A DNA stretch of 62,980 bases, counting the filler, from Octopus bimaculoides (lineage: Eukaryota), in assembly GCF_001194135.2 (NCBI RefSeq). It is 9 parts of 9 records of this genome, joined end to end, with 100 filler letters (N's around TTAATTAATTAA, not from the genome) between each part and the next. Parts side by side here need not be neighbours in the genome. Positions count along the whole stretch, not along the records: positions 34,452 to 40,246 come from NC_068986.1; positions 40,347 to 44,202 come from NC_068989.1; positions 44,303 to 47,170 come from NC_068987.1; positions 47,271 to 53,064 come from NC_068981.1; 5 more parts are not named here. The stretch is one strand, 5' to 3'. The notes beneath the pieces were generated by a model. That model ran no database searches. It saw nothing but the letters and a program-made list of their open reading frames with translations, and was not told the origin of the DNA. This document shows, in pieces, positions 37,351-50,734 of the stretch; within the stretch, counting starts at the first letter, position 1; every line of letters starts with the position of its first letter. A program made the translations under genes and the position numbers.

Positions 37351-38170
37351 CTAGCAGCTAAGCCCGGTTTCATCCGGTCTGTTTGGATGATGTGGCTGTG
37401 ATTGTTTTTGGTTAGGCATAATCTCTAATAGCATTTCTCAATCTTATCATTTCAGGTCCCCTGTTTCGATTGGAGCCTCCAGCTGTATGAAAATTCCCCC
37501 ACCCCACCCCCATCAGAAAACAGCTTCGCCTGTTCCCCACCCACAAAACCACCCTTTCTTAAAATTGTTTTTTTTTCCAACAGAAGCCCCCCTTTTCAGC
37601 TATGGGGAATATGAATCTGCAAAAAAATTGGCAAAAATCGACATTTCTAAATTACCCTTACCCCCACCCNNNNNNNNNNNNNNNNNNNNNNNNNNNNNNN
37701 NNNNNNNNNNNNNNNNNNNNNNNNNNNNNNNNNNNNNNNNNNNNNNNNNNNNNNNNNNNNNNNNNNNNNNNNNNNNNNNNNNNNNNNNNNNNNNNNNNNN
37801 NNNNNNNNNNNNNNNNNNNNNNNNNNNNNNNNNNNNNNNNNNNNNNNNNNNNNNNNNNNNNNNNNNNNNNNNNNNNNNNNNNNNNNNNNNNNNNNNNNNN
37901 NNNNNNNNNNNNNNNNNNNNNNNNNNNNNNNGTGTTGGGGAAAAAAGTCAAAATTGAAGAAGTTGGAGGGGAAAGAGGGGAAAATTTCTCAATGCTGATT
38001 TTTGGCAATTTTCCCGAACCTCCATATCCAAAAACGGGGATTTTTAGCAAAAAAATTTTTTTTAAATAAACGAATTTGGGAGTGAATGAAGTGGGGGTGG
38101 AAGTCTTTCCAAAATATCTTCACAGGAAACAGCTTCAAGGAGTTGTGAAGAAAGAATTTGTATGTAGTCT
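37351..38170 (+). mobile_element. Possible non-autonomous Helitron-like element
   Basis: Starts TACTAGCAGCTAAGCCCGGTTTCATCCGG next to (TA)n; a terminal hairpin TCACA...TGTGA lies about 20 nt before ...GTAG. The interior is gapped and low quality. Confidence 0.3.
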
Positions 38171-39480
38171 GTTTCTGAGAACTATTCTATTGGACCTCTG
38201 TCTAATCACATCTTTTAAGGTACACACACATACATAGAAAATGCGAGGTCATGGTAGGTATACACACATACATAGAAAATGTGAGGTAATGGTAGAAAAT
38301 TTTTACGATAGTTGATTTATGGAAAAGATTATGTTAAATTTTTCAAACGCAAATCTGTGAATGAAAATTAAATTCAGACCTCTAAATGGTAGGTAGACCT
38401 GGTACAAATAGCAGCCAAATCTCCCTCAAAACACCCTACTGTATTAATGTGGCAATTCTGCGTATTATGTAGTTTGAATGAGAAACTGTAACTAAAGATG
38501 AAGATAATTAACCCCACAAAGAGGTGAAAGAAGAGAGACAGCATAGTGAAAGTTTTGGCTGAAGTCCCCTTGTTGTTGTGTGAGCAACTGGTTGTTTTAA
38601 TGGCAGAACAAAGAGGGGATTTGCATTAGAAAAAGTATTAATCGATTTTTTCAGTAAGTATGAGGGCTAGGAAAAAAATAGAAGAGGCATTAAGAAGTTG
38701 ACATTAAGAATTGCTTTAACTGTTAGAAAATGTTTGACATTTCAATCATCACCAAAAAATGAAACTGTAAGAAATTATGGGGAAATTGTATGTAAGAAGT
38801 AAAGCAGAAAGGATTTGTAACTGTACTGCCAAAGTTCTGCAACTTATTAGCAGACGCATCCGATTTAAGAAAAGTAAAGATAAAAGCTAAGTGGAGAAGT
38901 ATGGAATAAGTCATTGTTATACACTTATAGAAAAAATAGACCCGTACTTTTTTAGAGAACAAAATGTAAGTGAGAGTTATTGTATTAGATGTTTGTCTAA
39001 TCAGAGAGCAGAAATTGAAAGAAGATATATGAAATGAACGTGTGTGTGTGTATGTGTGTGTCTTTGCGGATAATTTGGTGGGAGTTTTGCAGTCAGCACG
39101 AGGTGGTTTGTGTTTATCTCGAGTTGAATTGTTGTGAATTTGTCAGTAATAGCAATGCCCGGACAAGTGAAAGTATGTTTTTAATATGTGGTTGGGGAAA
39201 AAAGGGGGTCTTTTGAAGTCGGCATGAAAGCAAAAGAGACAGAGAGAGCATGCAGTTGTATGAGTGAAGTTCTTTTAAAGTTGCGTGAGAGGGAAGAATT
39301 GATGTGCGTGTGTGTGTGTTTGATGGGGTGTCTGAGACAGAATGTGTGGTGTGTATATGAATTGCTTTTGTGAGTGTGTGTGAAGAGACAGAGAGAGTAA
39401 TGTTGATGGTGTGTGTGTATGAGAGAGAGAGAAAAGAGAGATAACCGAAATTTTTTCATTCAGTTTTTGTAGTGATTGAC

Positions 39481-39551
<71 letters not shown>

Positions 39552-40094
39552 GAGAGTGGTTATGTATGTATGTATGAATGGTTTCAGTGACACACACTCA
39601 CACGCATGCAGGTCAAAACAAGGAGCTTCATTTTATTAGAAAATTCGGGTCAAGTTTAAACACCCTGAGCCAGTAACATTAAAATCATACATTGGTTATC
39701 TAAAAAAGGAAAAAAAGAATCCTACAACTCCACCACCACTGCCACGATAACTACTACTGCAAACAGCAGTCCCTGCTACAACTACTACTACTACTACGAC
39801 CAACAGTCGCTGCTACTACTGCTATTACAGTCACTACTACTACTACGACCAACAGTCTCTACTACTGCTATTACGGTCACTAGTACTATTGCTGCTGCTT
39901 GTGCTACTTCCACCCCTACCACTACAACCAATTATCTACTGCTACTGACACGGACAGAGGTCACTGTCATTTACCATTACCAACACAGTCACTACTACTA
40001 CTACAACCAACAAAAAATGCTCCCATGTGGACTATGTTGACACCAGTAAGGAACAATTATGAAATTTTCATTTAATTTCATTTTTTTAAATATG

Positions 40095-40143
40095 TATTTT
40101 TGATAAGGTTCGTTTTTTCAAGAACCGAAACATGTTAAAAATA
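40095..40143 (+). ncRNA. Decayed minimal hammerhead relic
   Basis: TTGATAA (two transitions from CTGATGA), GGTTC/GAACC stem II with a 10-nt loop, GAAAC, palindromic ACATGT helix III, and short A/T stem I. Confidence 0.5.
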
Positions 40144-40347
40144 TCTCTGACAAATTTATAAATTAAAATTCATTTTTTATACATTGGCGTTTTCAAACTT
40201 CTTTTTTATAAATATATACCCACTTGTATGCCACCTACACTTTTTTNNNNNNNNNNNNNNNNNNNNNNNNNNNNNNNNNNNNNNNNNNNNTTAATTAATT
40301 AANNNNNNNNNNNNNNNNNNNNNNNNNNNNNNNNNNNNNNNNNNNNG

Positions 40348-40915
40348 GTGGCATGTGAAAAGCACCGTTTGAGTGTTGAGCCTCACAGGGGCAGTGACAG
40401 GTGACCGAGACCTTTGGTTATAGACTGTGCTTGTAAAAGGCAGCGAGCTGGCAGAAACGTTAGCACGCCGGGCGAAATGCTTAGCGGTATTTCGTCTGTC
40501 TGTACGTTCTGAGTTCAAATTTCGCCGAGGTCAACTTTACTTTTTCATCCTTTCGGGGTCAATAAATTAAGTACCAGTTGCGTACTGGAGTCGATCTAAA
40601 CAACTGGCCCTCTCGCCCAAAATTTCGGGTTTTGTGCCTAGAGTAGAAAAGGGTATATCGTGCTTGTGTAGACCTGTCAAGCCAAGTGAGATCACGGTCC
40701 TGGCCAATGGTGGTGTTACATCAATGGCACCCGTGCCAATGGCATGTAAAAAGTACCCACTATACTCTTGGAGTGGTTGGCGTTAGGAAGGGCATCCAGC
40801 TGTAGAAACCATGCCAAATCAGCTTGGAACCTGGTACAGCTCTCCAGCTTACCAGTTTTCTGTCAAACCGTCCAACCCATGCCAGCATGGAAAACGGACG
40901 TTAAACGACGATGAT
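40348..40915 (+). mobile_element. SINE family E copy interrupted by a full-length SINE family A (40437-40651)
   Basis: Family E sequence resumes after the family A tail; GTGCTTGT occurs on both sides (TSD-like). Confidence 0.75.
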
Positions 40916-40952
40916 TCTCTCCCTCCCCATTTCTCTGACTGTGTGTGTGAGA

Positions 40953-41006
<54 letters not shown>

Positions 41007-41366
41007 GCATATTTCCGATTGTGCTTACTGTTGATCATTTACTTGTTTCATGCTGGGGCACTGTCCCTTTTTAACTTTTTAAACCTGGTACTTATTTTGT
41101 CAGTCTCTTTTGCCAAACACCAGTTGTCACATGGGGGGGATACACACACACAAGTTCCTTTCAGTTTCCATCTACAAAATTCACTCACAAGGCTTTGGTC
41201 AGCCCAAGATGTCATACAGTGGGACTGAACCCAGAACCATGTAGTTAAGAAGCAAACTTCTTACCACACAGCCATACCTGCCCCTGTGTGCAGGAGGAAA
41301 AGGAAAGTGTTTATGTCGATCATATTCAATTAACAGCAAGGTCTCTTCTCTACCCCCCTCTTTCTA

Positions 41367-41546
<180 letters not shown>

Positions 41547-41717
41547 CTAAAAACAAAAAACTTTTTTTTTTTTGAAGGGTGAATGGAAAAAAATATCAGG
41601 TAAAGGTATGAAGTATCACAAAGAAAAGAACCATTTGGACAGCAGGATGACGAAGGTGGTGATAGGGATGATCGTATGAGGAAGAGGATAATTATGTGAT
41701 GTACCAAAGATATCCAA

Positions 41718-42108
41718 AGTAAAGATCATTTGCCAACATAACCTGGCAGTCCTGGTTTAGGACGAATGTTGCTGTAATTTAGCCCCAAGAGACATCGTCT
41801 CCAGCTGGCTATACGACACGATCTGTGTCCTTACATTTTCAAACAAGGGCATTTAGTAATCCCACTCAACTCAAAACAAGATGTGGATCACGATTCCCGG
41901 GTTATTTCCCTTTGTCATGTTTTGACTTGAGAATGGTTAATACACAGATATTGTTTTGAGTCGAGTTGGGGTGCTAAATGCCTTTGTTTGAATATATAAG
42001 GACACAGATTATGTCGGGGAACTGGAGACGATGTCTCCTGGGGCTAAATTACAGCAACATTCGTCCTAAACCAGGACTGCCACGTTATGTTGGCAAATGA
42101 TCTTTACT
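41718..42108. mobile_element. Fold-back MITE (about 390 bp; arms about 165 bp, spacer about 57 bp) inside the PSMC5 intron
   Basis: AGTAAAGATCATTTGCCAACATAACCTGGCAGTCCTGGTTTAGGACGAATGTTGCTGTAATTTAGCCCC... is reverse-complementary to ...GGGGCTAAATTACAGCAACATTCGTCCTAAACCAGGACTGCCACGTTATGTTGGCAAATGATCTTTACT. No clear TSD. Confidence 0.85.
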
Positions 42109-42747
42109 CTAGAGTACTGTTGCTGAATATCTCCCATTGAGAGATTTACAAAGAGTAAGGATATCCAATAAGAGATAGAGCAACAAGTGTGGTTATATCT
42201 CATTTACCCTAGATATTGTGGCTTTCATCTCTTAGCAGACTCCATCAAACATCAAGAAAACTTGGTCGTATTAAACAACAAACCTGGTCGCTTGAAGTGC
42301 TAGAAATAACAGCTATATCTACCAGCTTAAAAATTGATGCACTAGATAAAGTGGTTCTTCCACATTACTCCATAAGGAGTATTAGGGCTGGTTTCCAAGT
42401 TTCTCTGGTGTATAGAGATTCCTCCTTGGACCGGACATCGGTCATTCGCAGGATTATACTTGTTTACCAGCTGAGTGGACTGCAGCAATGGGAAATGAAG
42501 GACCAAAAATTCCATATGAAATGAAGCAGGATTTGGACGATCGACTTGTATGTCGGAAAATAAGGTATGTATAGAAAAATTGTTTTGTTTCCATTCATTA
42601 TATTTTTGTTTTAACATTTGATCAATAATTCCTCTTCGATGGTGGTGGTGGTGGTAGAGGGGTTAAATCAAACACAGACCTAAGGGACAATGAAGAAGTA
42701 AGAGGCGTGACCCATTGTCTCAACAGAATCTCAATAACAGAATCTTA

Positions 42748-42954
<207 letters not shown>

Positions 42955-43099
42955 TTAACAAAATTTATTCATTGAATTTCTTACACAATTATTAAAATTT
43001 CTTCTCTTCTAGAGAGATTGCCAGAACCATTAGAATTTTGGACAGAAATGGCTTTGCAACATTTCTTCCAGCTCTTTTAGCTCTGAAGTTAATTCCTGC

Positions 43100-43595
43100 T
43101 GTCATCATCATCATCATCATCATCGTTTAACATCCACTTTCTATGCTGGCATGGGTTGGACAGTTTGATTGAGGGTTGGCGAGCCAGAAGGCTGCACCAG
43201 GCTCCAATCTGATCTGGCAAAGTTTCTACAGCTGGATGCCTTTCCTAATGCCAACCACCCCAAGAGTGTAGCTATGTGGTTAAAAAGCTCACTTTACGAA
43301 CATAGTTCGTAAGCAGAGGTGATGGCAAGTGACTGAGACCTTTGGTGAAATGCTGTGCTTGAGAAGATTCGCCAAACAAAGTGAAATCGTAGTCATGGCG
43401 ATTGCCAGCATCATGTAAGTGGCACCCAATACACACTGTAAAGTGGTTGGCATTAAGAAGGGGATCCAGTCGTAGAAAGCATGCCAGAACAGGCAATGGG
43501 ACGTGGTGCAGCTCTCAGGCTTATCAGCTCCAGTCAAACTGTCTGACCCATGCCAGCATGGAAAAGTGGACATTAAATGATGATTTTGATGATGA
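43100..43595. mobile_element. Inverted (tails-outward) pair of SINE family E copies in the intron upstream of the PSMC5 Walker A exon
   Basis: 43105-43270 on the minus strand and about 43290-43595 on the plus strand. Confidence 0.75.
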
Positions 43596-44043
43596 AAACA
43601 AGCCGACAAACTTTGTGTAAACTTATTATATCAATAAATCTAGGGCAAAATAAAACTTGGGTACATCAAGCAAAAACACATTAAAGTCTTCTATTCCAAA
43701 CAGATATGATCCGTTAACATTTTATTACCTGACCAAGAAAACTTCAACATCCCGTTACAAGGTTAATAAAATGGCAATACATTTATATGAGGGCACATGG
43801 CCTTGTCGTTACGGGGGGTTGCACTCATGATCACGAGATCATGATTTCGATTGCCAGACCAGGTGGTACAAAGTGTTCTTAAACAGAACACTTCATTCTA
43901 CATTGCACCAGTCCACTCAGCTGTCAATGGGGTGACCCTGCAATGGACTGGTATTCCAGTCAGGAGGGTTGCTGGCCTAGTCAGTGAGGGAGGCGTTGTT
44001 CAAAACTGGTTGATACAGTTATATATATATATATATATATATA

Positions 44044-44202
44044 TCATCATCATCATCATCATCATCGTCGTTTAACGTCCGCTTTCCATGCTAGCATGGG
44101 TTGGACGATTTGACTGAGGACTGGTGAAACCGGATGGCAACACCAGGCTCCAATCTAATTTGGCAGAGTTTCTACAGCTGGATGCCCTTCCTAACGCCAA
44201 CC
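44044..44202 (-). mobile_element. SINE family E 3' part (young; CpGs intact), truncated by a gap
   Basis: CATCATCGTCGTTTAACGTCCGCTTTCCATGCTAGCATGGG...CTGGATGCCCTTCCTAACGCCAACC. Confidence 0.8.
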
Positions 44203-44384
44203 NNNNNNNNNNNNNNNNNNNNNNNNNNNNNNNNNNNNNNNNNNNNTTAATTAATTAANNNNNNNNNNNNNNNNNNNNNNNNNNNNNNNNNNNNNNNNNN
44301 NNCTGCCAACTCACCGCCTTATCTGTATTCAGTAATAATAAGAATCTTTTGTACTATGCGTTCAATTCCTGGAATTTTGGAGGA

Positions 44385-44545
44385 GGAAGCTAGTCGATTA
44401 TATCCACTCCAGTGTTCAACTGGTACTTATTCTTATCGACTCCTAAAGGATGAAAGGTAAAATCAATCTCAGTGGAATTTGAACTCAGAACGTAAAAGCG
44501 GACGAAATGCCGCTGGGCATTCAGCCCGGTGTACTAACGATTCTG
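44385..44545 (-). mobile_element. SINE family A, diverged
   Basis: TGGTACTTATTCTTATCGACTCCTAAAGGATGAAAGG...GGAATTTGAACTCAGAACG. Confidence 0.7.
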
Positions 44546-44546
44546 C

Positions 44547-44596
<50 letters not shown>

Positions 44597-44775
44597 TTCT
44601 TCTATGAACACAAGGGCCCAAGGCATCGAGGACAATATCAAAGGACGAGTTACAACTCACGAAAATAAAAGCAAAAATCAAAAATAGGTGGGGATCAAAT
44701 AGAGACACTACCACGTTAAAAGTTATAACAAAGGGTATATAATAGTAATTAGAGAAATAATTGTTTGTTCGAATT

Positions 44776-45394
44776 AGGCCCGCGCCAATTTAGGGTCCCG
44801 CCAACACGCTCGAGCGAAGGATGCTATGATGAATTAAAACCTTTGACTGCGTCAAGTAAAAATATCCACACGATTCTTATTATAAAGATTTCCGGACAAT
44901 GGACAAAAGTTAAGAACGGTGATAAACGAGTAAAGAAAAAATATATAGTGCGTGTGCTTATTTAGCAAAAAAGAAAAATTGACCATCCCGAAATACAAGT
45001 TTCTTTTTATCTTTTCGTACAACAAACGAATTTACCTCTTGACTTTAGAAAAACCGCTTATTTAACTGCGATATCTATTTTCTGCGAAATGAGTGCCTGG
45101 CAACGACATACAGGCACCATAATCAGCTCAGTCCAGTTATCTCAACAAGCACAAGGCCTATTCACAATATGTCTGTCATTATCTTGACTTGCAATAAAGC
45201 ATTAAAACTTTCATTTGAGTTTTCAGTTTTTAGTATAGTATTGTGGCTAGTGGTGAAACCTCAAGCCCTCAACGCTTTTTGGCTGGGACTGGCGTACTAC
45301 ATGAAAACTAAAAACATCAACCTTCAGCTTTTGTAGAGTAGAGGGACCCACCAACAATTCTCTAACTGGGCCCCGTACTTCTTAGCGCCGGCCT
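44776..45394. mobile_element. Possible hAT-like MITE with short GC-rich TIRs
   Basis: Left end AGGCCCGCGCC; right end AGCGCCGGCCT; internal GGGTCCC/GGGCCCC subterminal motifs; no 8-bp TSD found. Confidence 0.25.
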
Positions 45395-47270
45395 TTCTTG
45401 TGATTATATTTCTTTTGACCGTCTTTGTGTTTTGGTGTTACAATTTCTAACTTCCTTCCAAATTTTATGACACACTGCTTATGTCAGAAATAGTTATCAT
45501 ATAACAAAGTGTGATTATTATTTCCCAAGTGTAAATAATAGTTATTTTGTAGAGAAAGAAATTTGCATGACATTATAGTGCTTCTCCAACACAAAAAAAA
45601 AATGCCAAAAGAAAATGGAGTTAGGTTTTTCTAAAAAAAATAGGAAGAAAGGACGGGCTGGAGGAGGGGAAGGTAGGGGAAATAGTAAAAAGATACGTTT
45701 GTAAAATTCTACCGTTTATTTTTTCTTTACTTTTGATAGGATCCTTTCATCTTGTGTTTCCGCTTATTTCCCATTTTTATTAATTGTTTCAAAAACAAAA
45801 AAAAATGACCCTTTCTAAGTGTACGTACGTACAAAAATACATATATAGATACATACAAACACACTTTCACGCATAAAGAAAATATTTCTATGCGTATGCG
45901 CATGTGTATGTTTAGTATGCATGTTTTTACGTATGCGTGTGTATATGTATATTTAAATATNNNNNNNNNNNNNNNNNNNNNNNNNNNNNNNNNNNNNNNN
46001 NNNNNNNNNNNNNNNNNNNNNNNNNNNNNNNNNNNNNNNNNNNNNNNNNNNNNNNNNNNNNNNNNNNNNNNNNNNNNNNNNNNNNNNNNNNNNNNNNNNN
46101 NNNNNNNNNNNNNNNNNNNNNNNNNNNNNNNNNNNNNNNNNNNNNNNNNNNNNNNNNNNNNNNNNNNNNNNNNNNNNNNNNNNNNNNNNNNNNNNNNNNN
46201 NNNNNNNNNNNNNNNNNNNNNNNNNNNNNNNNNNNNNNNNNNNNNNNNNNNNNNNNNNNNNNNNNNNNNNNNNNNNNNNNNNNNNNNNNNNNNNNNNNNN
46301 NNNNNNNNNNNNNNNNNNNNNNNNNNNNNNNNNNNNNNNNNNNNNNNNNNNNNNNNNNNNNNNNNNNNNNNNNNNNNNNNNNNNNNNNNNNNNNNNNNNN
46401 NNNNNNNNNNNNNNNNNNNNNNNNNNNNNNNNNNNNNNNNNNNNNNNNNNNNNNNNNNNNNNNNNNNNNNNNATAGATCGATCGATCGATAGATAGACAG
46501 ATGTGTAGATGTGTGTGTATTTGTGTGTGCGTGCGTGTGAGCGTGCGCGTGTGTGTGCGTGCCTCTCTGTGTGCGTGCGTGTGTGTGCGTGCGTGTGTGT
46601 GCGTGCGTGCGTGTGTGACTACCTTTCCATGATTTAAAATTTTACGCTAGACAGAGCATTCTTCAGCAGAACACGATTCAAAAGAAGGTTTAAACACAAA
46701 CAACAGTTTTATTTTAGTGTATAGAAAGCGTTGCATGGTTAGTGTTTGAAGCAAAACCTCCGAACTGCAGCAATATGATATCTGAGATATTCATAAAGAT
46801 ATCAAATATGATACGTTGTGTGTTTCCAATATAGTTAGTAAACCCAAACGCTCGCATACATACACACTTATGTGCGCTTGCGCTCGCGCACACACACGAA
46901 CGCTTGCACACGCAGATATTCAGAGTAAGACATACACACATTCATGCGTACATACATTTATACGTACATATATTCATATACGCATAAATACATACATATT
47001 CTATGTGTTGTGTGTATGCGCGTATGTGTAGATAGATAGATAGATAGATAGATAGGTTTCTTTATTAGCCACACAGGGCTCAACACAGAGGGGACAAAAT
47101 ACAAATGTAGAGTTTTTCTTTTCGAGGGGGTCGAAAACAAAGCAGAAAAAAAAACAAAAGTGGGGACAACNNNNNNNNNNNNNNNNNNNNNNNNNNNNNN
47201 NNNNNNNNNNNNNNTTAATTAATTAANNNNNNNNNNNNNNNNNNNNNNNNNNNNNNNNNNNNNNNNNNNN

Positions 47271-47313
<43 letters not shown>

Positions 47314-47879
47314 AATGCATATATGGGTACAGGACGTCACCAACGGTGCAAATAGCATACACGAGAGATAGATACAAGACGTGAACAGTAATTACAGGAC
47401 AAAAACGACTGAAATACGTAAACAACGAGAAAAAAATGGAAAACAGGACAAGGTAACACGAAAAAAGGACCCTTCATCAGTTGTCGGTTGTCTAACTACT
47501 CCTCATTTCGAGCATTCAGACGACAATATATGTCTTCAAAGACAGTAGCTCCCATAAGTTCTAAAATAAAATTTAGGATTTATGGAGGATCAAAGGTGGG
47601 AGCAAAAAAAATAACACGCTATCGACCAGACTACCAGTTGTAGTTATACATCGCTGGTCACGATACACTTCGCATCGTTTTTGCTTTCGAAAGACGCTAC
47701 CCTGTTGGCTAGGTGAGCAAACCAACATTCCCTCTGATCAGAAAAGTGAGTAGAATGGAGCAACGCGAAATTAAGTGTTTTGCTCAAGAACACAACGCGC
47801 AGACAGTCTCAAAATCAAAACCACGACCTCACACCCTAAACACTAAGCCACTTGCCTTCAGAATATATATATATTCTTT

Positions 47880-48245
47880 TATTCTTTTATTCGTTTATTT
47901 CAGTTATTTGACTGCGGCCATGCTGGAGCACCGTCTTTAGTCGAACAAATCGACCCCAGGACTTATTCTTTGTAAGCCTAGTATCTATTCTATCGGTGTT
48001 CCTTTGCCAGGACATAAACACACAAACATCGGTGTCAAGCGATGGCGGACACACACACACACACAGACACACACAAACATATATACGGAATTCTTTCAGT
48101 TTCCGTCTACCAAATCCACTCACAAGACTGGTCGGCCCGAGGCTGTAGTAGAAGACACTTGCCCAAGATTCCACGCAGTAGGACTGAGCCCGGAACCATG
48201 TGGTTGGGAAGCAAGCTTCTTACCACACAGCTACTCTTGTGCCTA
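47880..48245 (-). mobile_element. SINE family D, near full length
   Basis: Colinear with 27715-28098. Confidence 0.85.
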
Positions 48246-48256
48246 TACGTGTGTGC

Positions 48257-48314
<58 letters not shown>

Positions 48315-48637
48315 ATCAAAGGCTCATTATGCCCTCACTGGACTGACTCTCTTCCACCGCTGGACTCCTCATTTTTTCCACCCTAGTGGACTGGAGCAAT
48401 GTGAAATGAAGTGTTTCGCTCAAAAACACAAAGTATCTACCGGTCCGGGAATCGAAAATACAATCTTACAATCACGACTGTATCATCCAAATATGATATT
48501 ATCTATAGCTTTATGTGCTTCGAGATACACCGTTCCAAAAATGAATTATATTATGTTCGCTCAAAAGTGCTTAAATTTTTATGACGTCAACAATAGATAG
48601 ATAGATAGATAGATAGATAGCTAGATAGATAGATAGC

Positions 48638-48702
<65 letters not shown>

Positions 48703-48792
48703 TGATAGATATTGTTCTATGTCTTTAGTGGACTTCTCAAATCCTTGGGATTTTGACACAGACGTATTTTTCAATGTATCTCTCGATGTAAG

Positions 48793-49220
48793 ACGGTGAG
48801 CTGGCAGAAACGTTAGCACGCCGGGCGAAATGCTTAGAGGTATTTCGTCTGCCGCTACGTACTGAGTTCAAATTCCGCCGAGGTCGACTTTGCCTTTCAT
48901 CCTTTCGGTGTCGATAAATTAAGTACCAGTTAAGCACTGGGTCGATGTAATTGACTTAATCCCTTTGTCTGTCCTTGTTTGTCCTCTCTATGTTTAGCCC
49001 CTTGTGGGCAATAAAGAAATAAGAAACGTTAGCACGCCGGGCGAAATGCTTAGCGGTATTTCGTCTGTCTTATGTTCTGAGTTCAAATTCTGCCGAGGTC
49101 GACTTTGCCTTTCTTCCTTTAGGGGTCGATAAATTAAATACCAGCTGCGTACTGGAGTCGATCTATTCGACTGGCCCCCTTCCCAAAAATTTCGGGCCTT
49201 GAGCCTAGAGTAGAAAAGAA
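48793..49220 (+). mobile_element. Head-to-tail dimer of SINE family A with two different 3' tails
   Basis: Unit 1 (48793-49020) ends ...TTTAGCCCCTTGTGGGCAATAAAGAAAT; unit 2 starts at AAGAAACGTTAGCACG and ends ...GCCTAGAGTAGAAAAG. Confidence 0.8.
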
Positions 49221-49614
49221 TATATCTCTCCATGTATAGAAACAGAGTTTTGTATGCATAATGCAGGTCCAAGATCAGGGTATAATTTAAAATACATGCA
49301 AAATATTCGTAGAAATATATGTATTGACAAAAATAAATAAATACAAGATGAAATGAATATAACAGCTTCGGATTTATTGCGTTAATATTTGTTCGCCGGC
49401 CAGGAAAAAAAATTAAAAAAGAACATTTTTACATGTATATTCTTACAAGTATATTAGATTACATTATTACCGTTATGAATTATGCATACAGTACTCGGTG
49501 AATCTGTAACATAAAGATATATATATATACATATATATTTGTTTAAATACATTTGCATATATTTAAACATATGTATGAAGAGATTGGCTGATACGTATTT
49601 GTGCCTCTGTGTGT

Positions 49615-49694
<80 letters not shown>

Positions 49695-49837
49695 TGGATT
49701 AAACGTACTGACACTGAGATTTTTAGTTTTGAATTCTTTATCCTGAGTGGCCTCACCATATTCCAATTAATTTCTCACCACGAACAATATATGTATCTAC
49801 GCGGGTGTTGGGGTTGGGTTGTGTGTACATATATGTA

Positions 49838-49869
<32 letters not shown>

Positions 49870-49877
49870 TGTGTGTA

Positions 49878-49913
<36 letters not shown>

Positions 49914-50166
49914 TGTATGTATGTATGTGTGTGTGTGTGTGTGTATCTTCAATCTTTTACACGTTTCAGTCATTAGACTGCGGCCATGCTTGGGCAACAC
50001 TTTGAAGAATTTTAGTCGAACGAATCAACGCCAGTACTTATCTTTTTGAAAAGCCTGGTACTTATGCTATTTCTTTCTTTTAACGAACCGCTAAGTTACG
50101 GGGATGCAAAAGCATCAACACTGACTGTCAAGCGGTTGCGAGAGACAAACACAGATGAAAGCACTC

Positions 50167-50220
<54 letters not shown>

Positions 50221-50229
<9 letters not shown>

Positions 50230-50318
50230 TGATGAAAGAAACGGAAAATAGATTTAGCACTAGTCAATAAAGATTAGTGCTAAATCTATCTTCCGTTTTC
50301 TTCATCAGTTATTATTAT
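50221..50318. repeat. Imperfect inverted repeat of about 44 bp arms with a short spacer, between (AAT)n and a SINE C
   Basis: TGATGAAAGAAACGGAAAATAGATTTAGCACTAG / TTAGTGCTAAATCTATCTTCCGTTTTCTTCATCA. Confidence 0.85.
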
Positions 50319-50324
50319 CTCAAC

Positions 50325-50515
50325 TATTGTGCCTGTAATTCAAAGGGTCAGCCTTGTCACACTGTGTCACGCTGAATATCCCCGAGAACTGCGTTAAGGG
50401 TACACGTGTCTGTGGAGTGCTCAGCCACTTGCACGTTAATTTCACGAGCAGGCTGTTCCGTTGATCGGATCAACTGGAACCCTCGACGTCGTAAGCGACG
50501 GAGTGCCAACAACAT
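50325..50515 (+). mobile_element. SINE family C, 5'-truncated 3' half, CpGs intact
   Basis: TTGTGCCTGTAATTCAAAGGGTCAGCC...GTCGTAAGCGACGGAGTGCCAACAAC. Confidence 0.85.
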
Positions 50516-50734
50516 TTCAACTAATACTGCAGAATTCCTAACATAGATCCAGCGGAAATATACCTTAACCGTGGATGACACCAGGTAGCCCAAACTTGTA
50601 CGTGCTTTACTGGACACAATAATTGACATATACCCATTAGTCCAAAAAAATTATATATATACATATACCAATATATGAAATTTAAGTGTATATTAGTCAC
50701 TGATAATTTAATATTATAACTCATAGTGGTGATA

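Noticed and set aside
50290-50310. CTGATGA on the minus strand as a hammerhead core
   Set aside because: There is no stem II followed by GAAA and helix III; it is only one arm of a simple hairpin.
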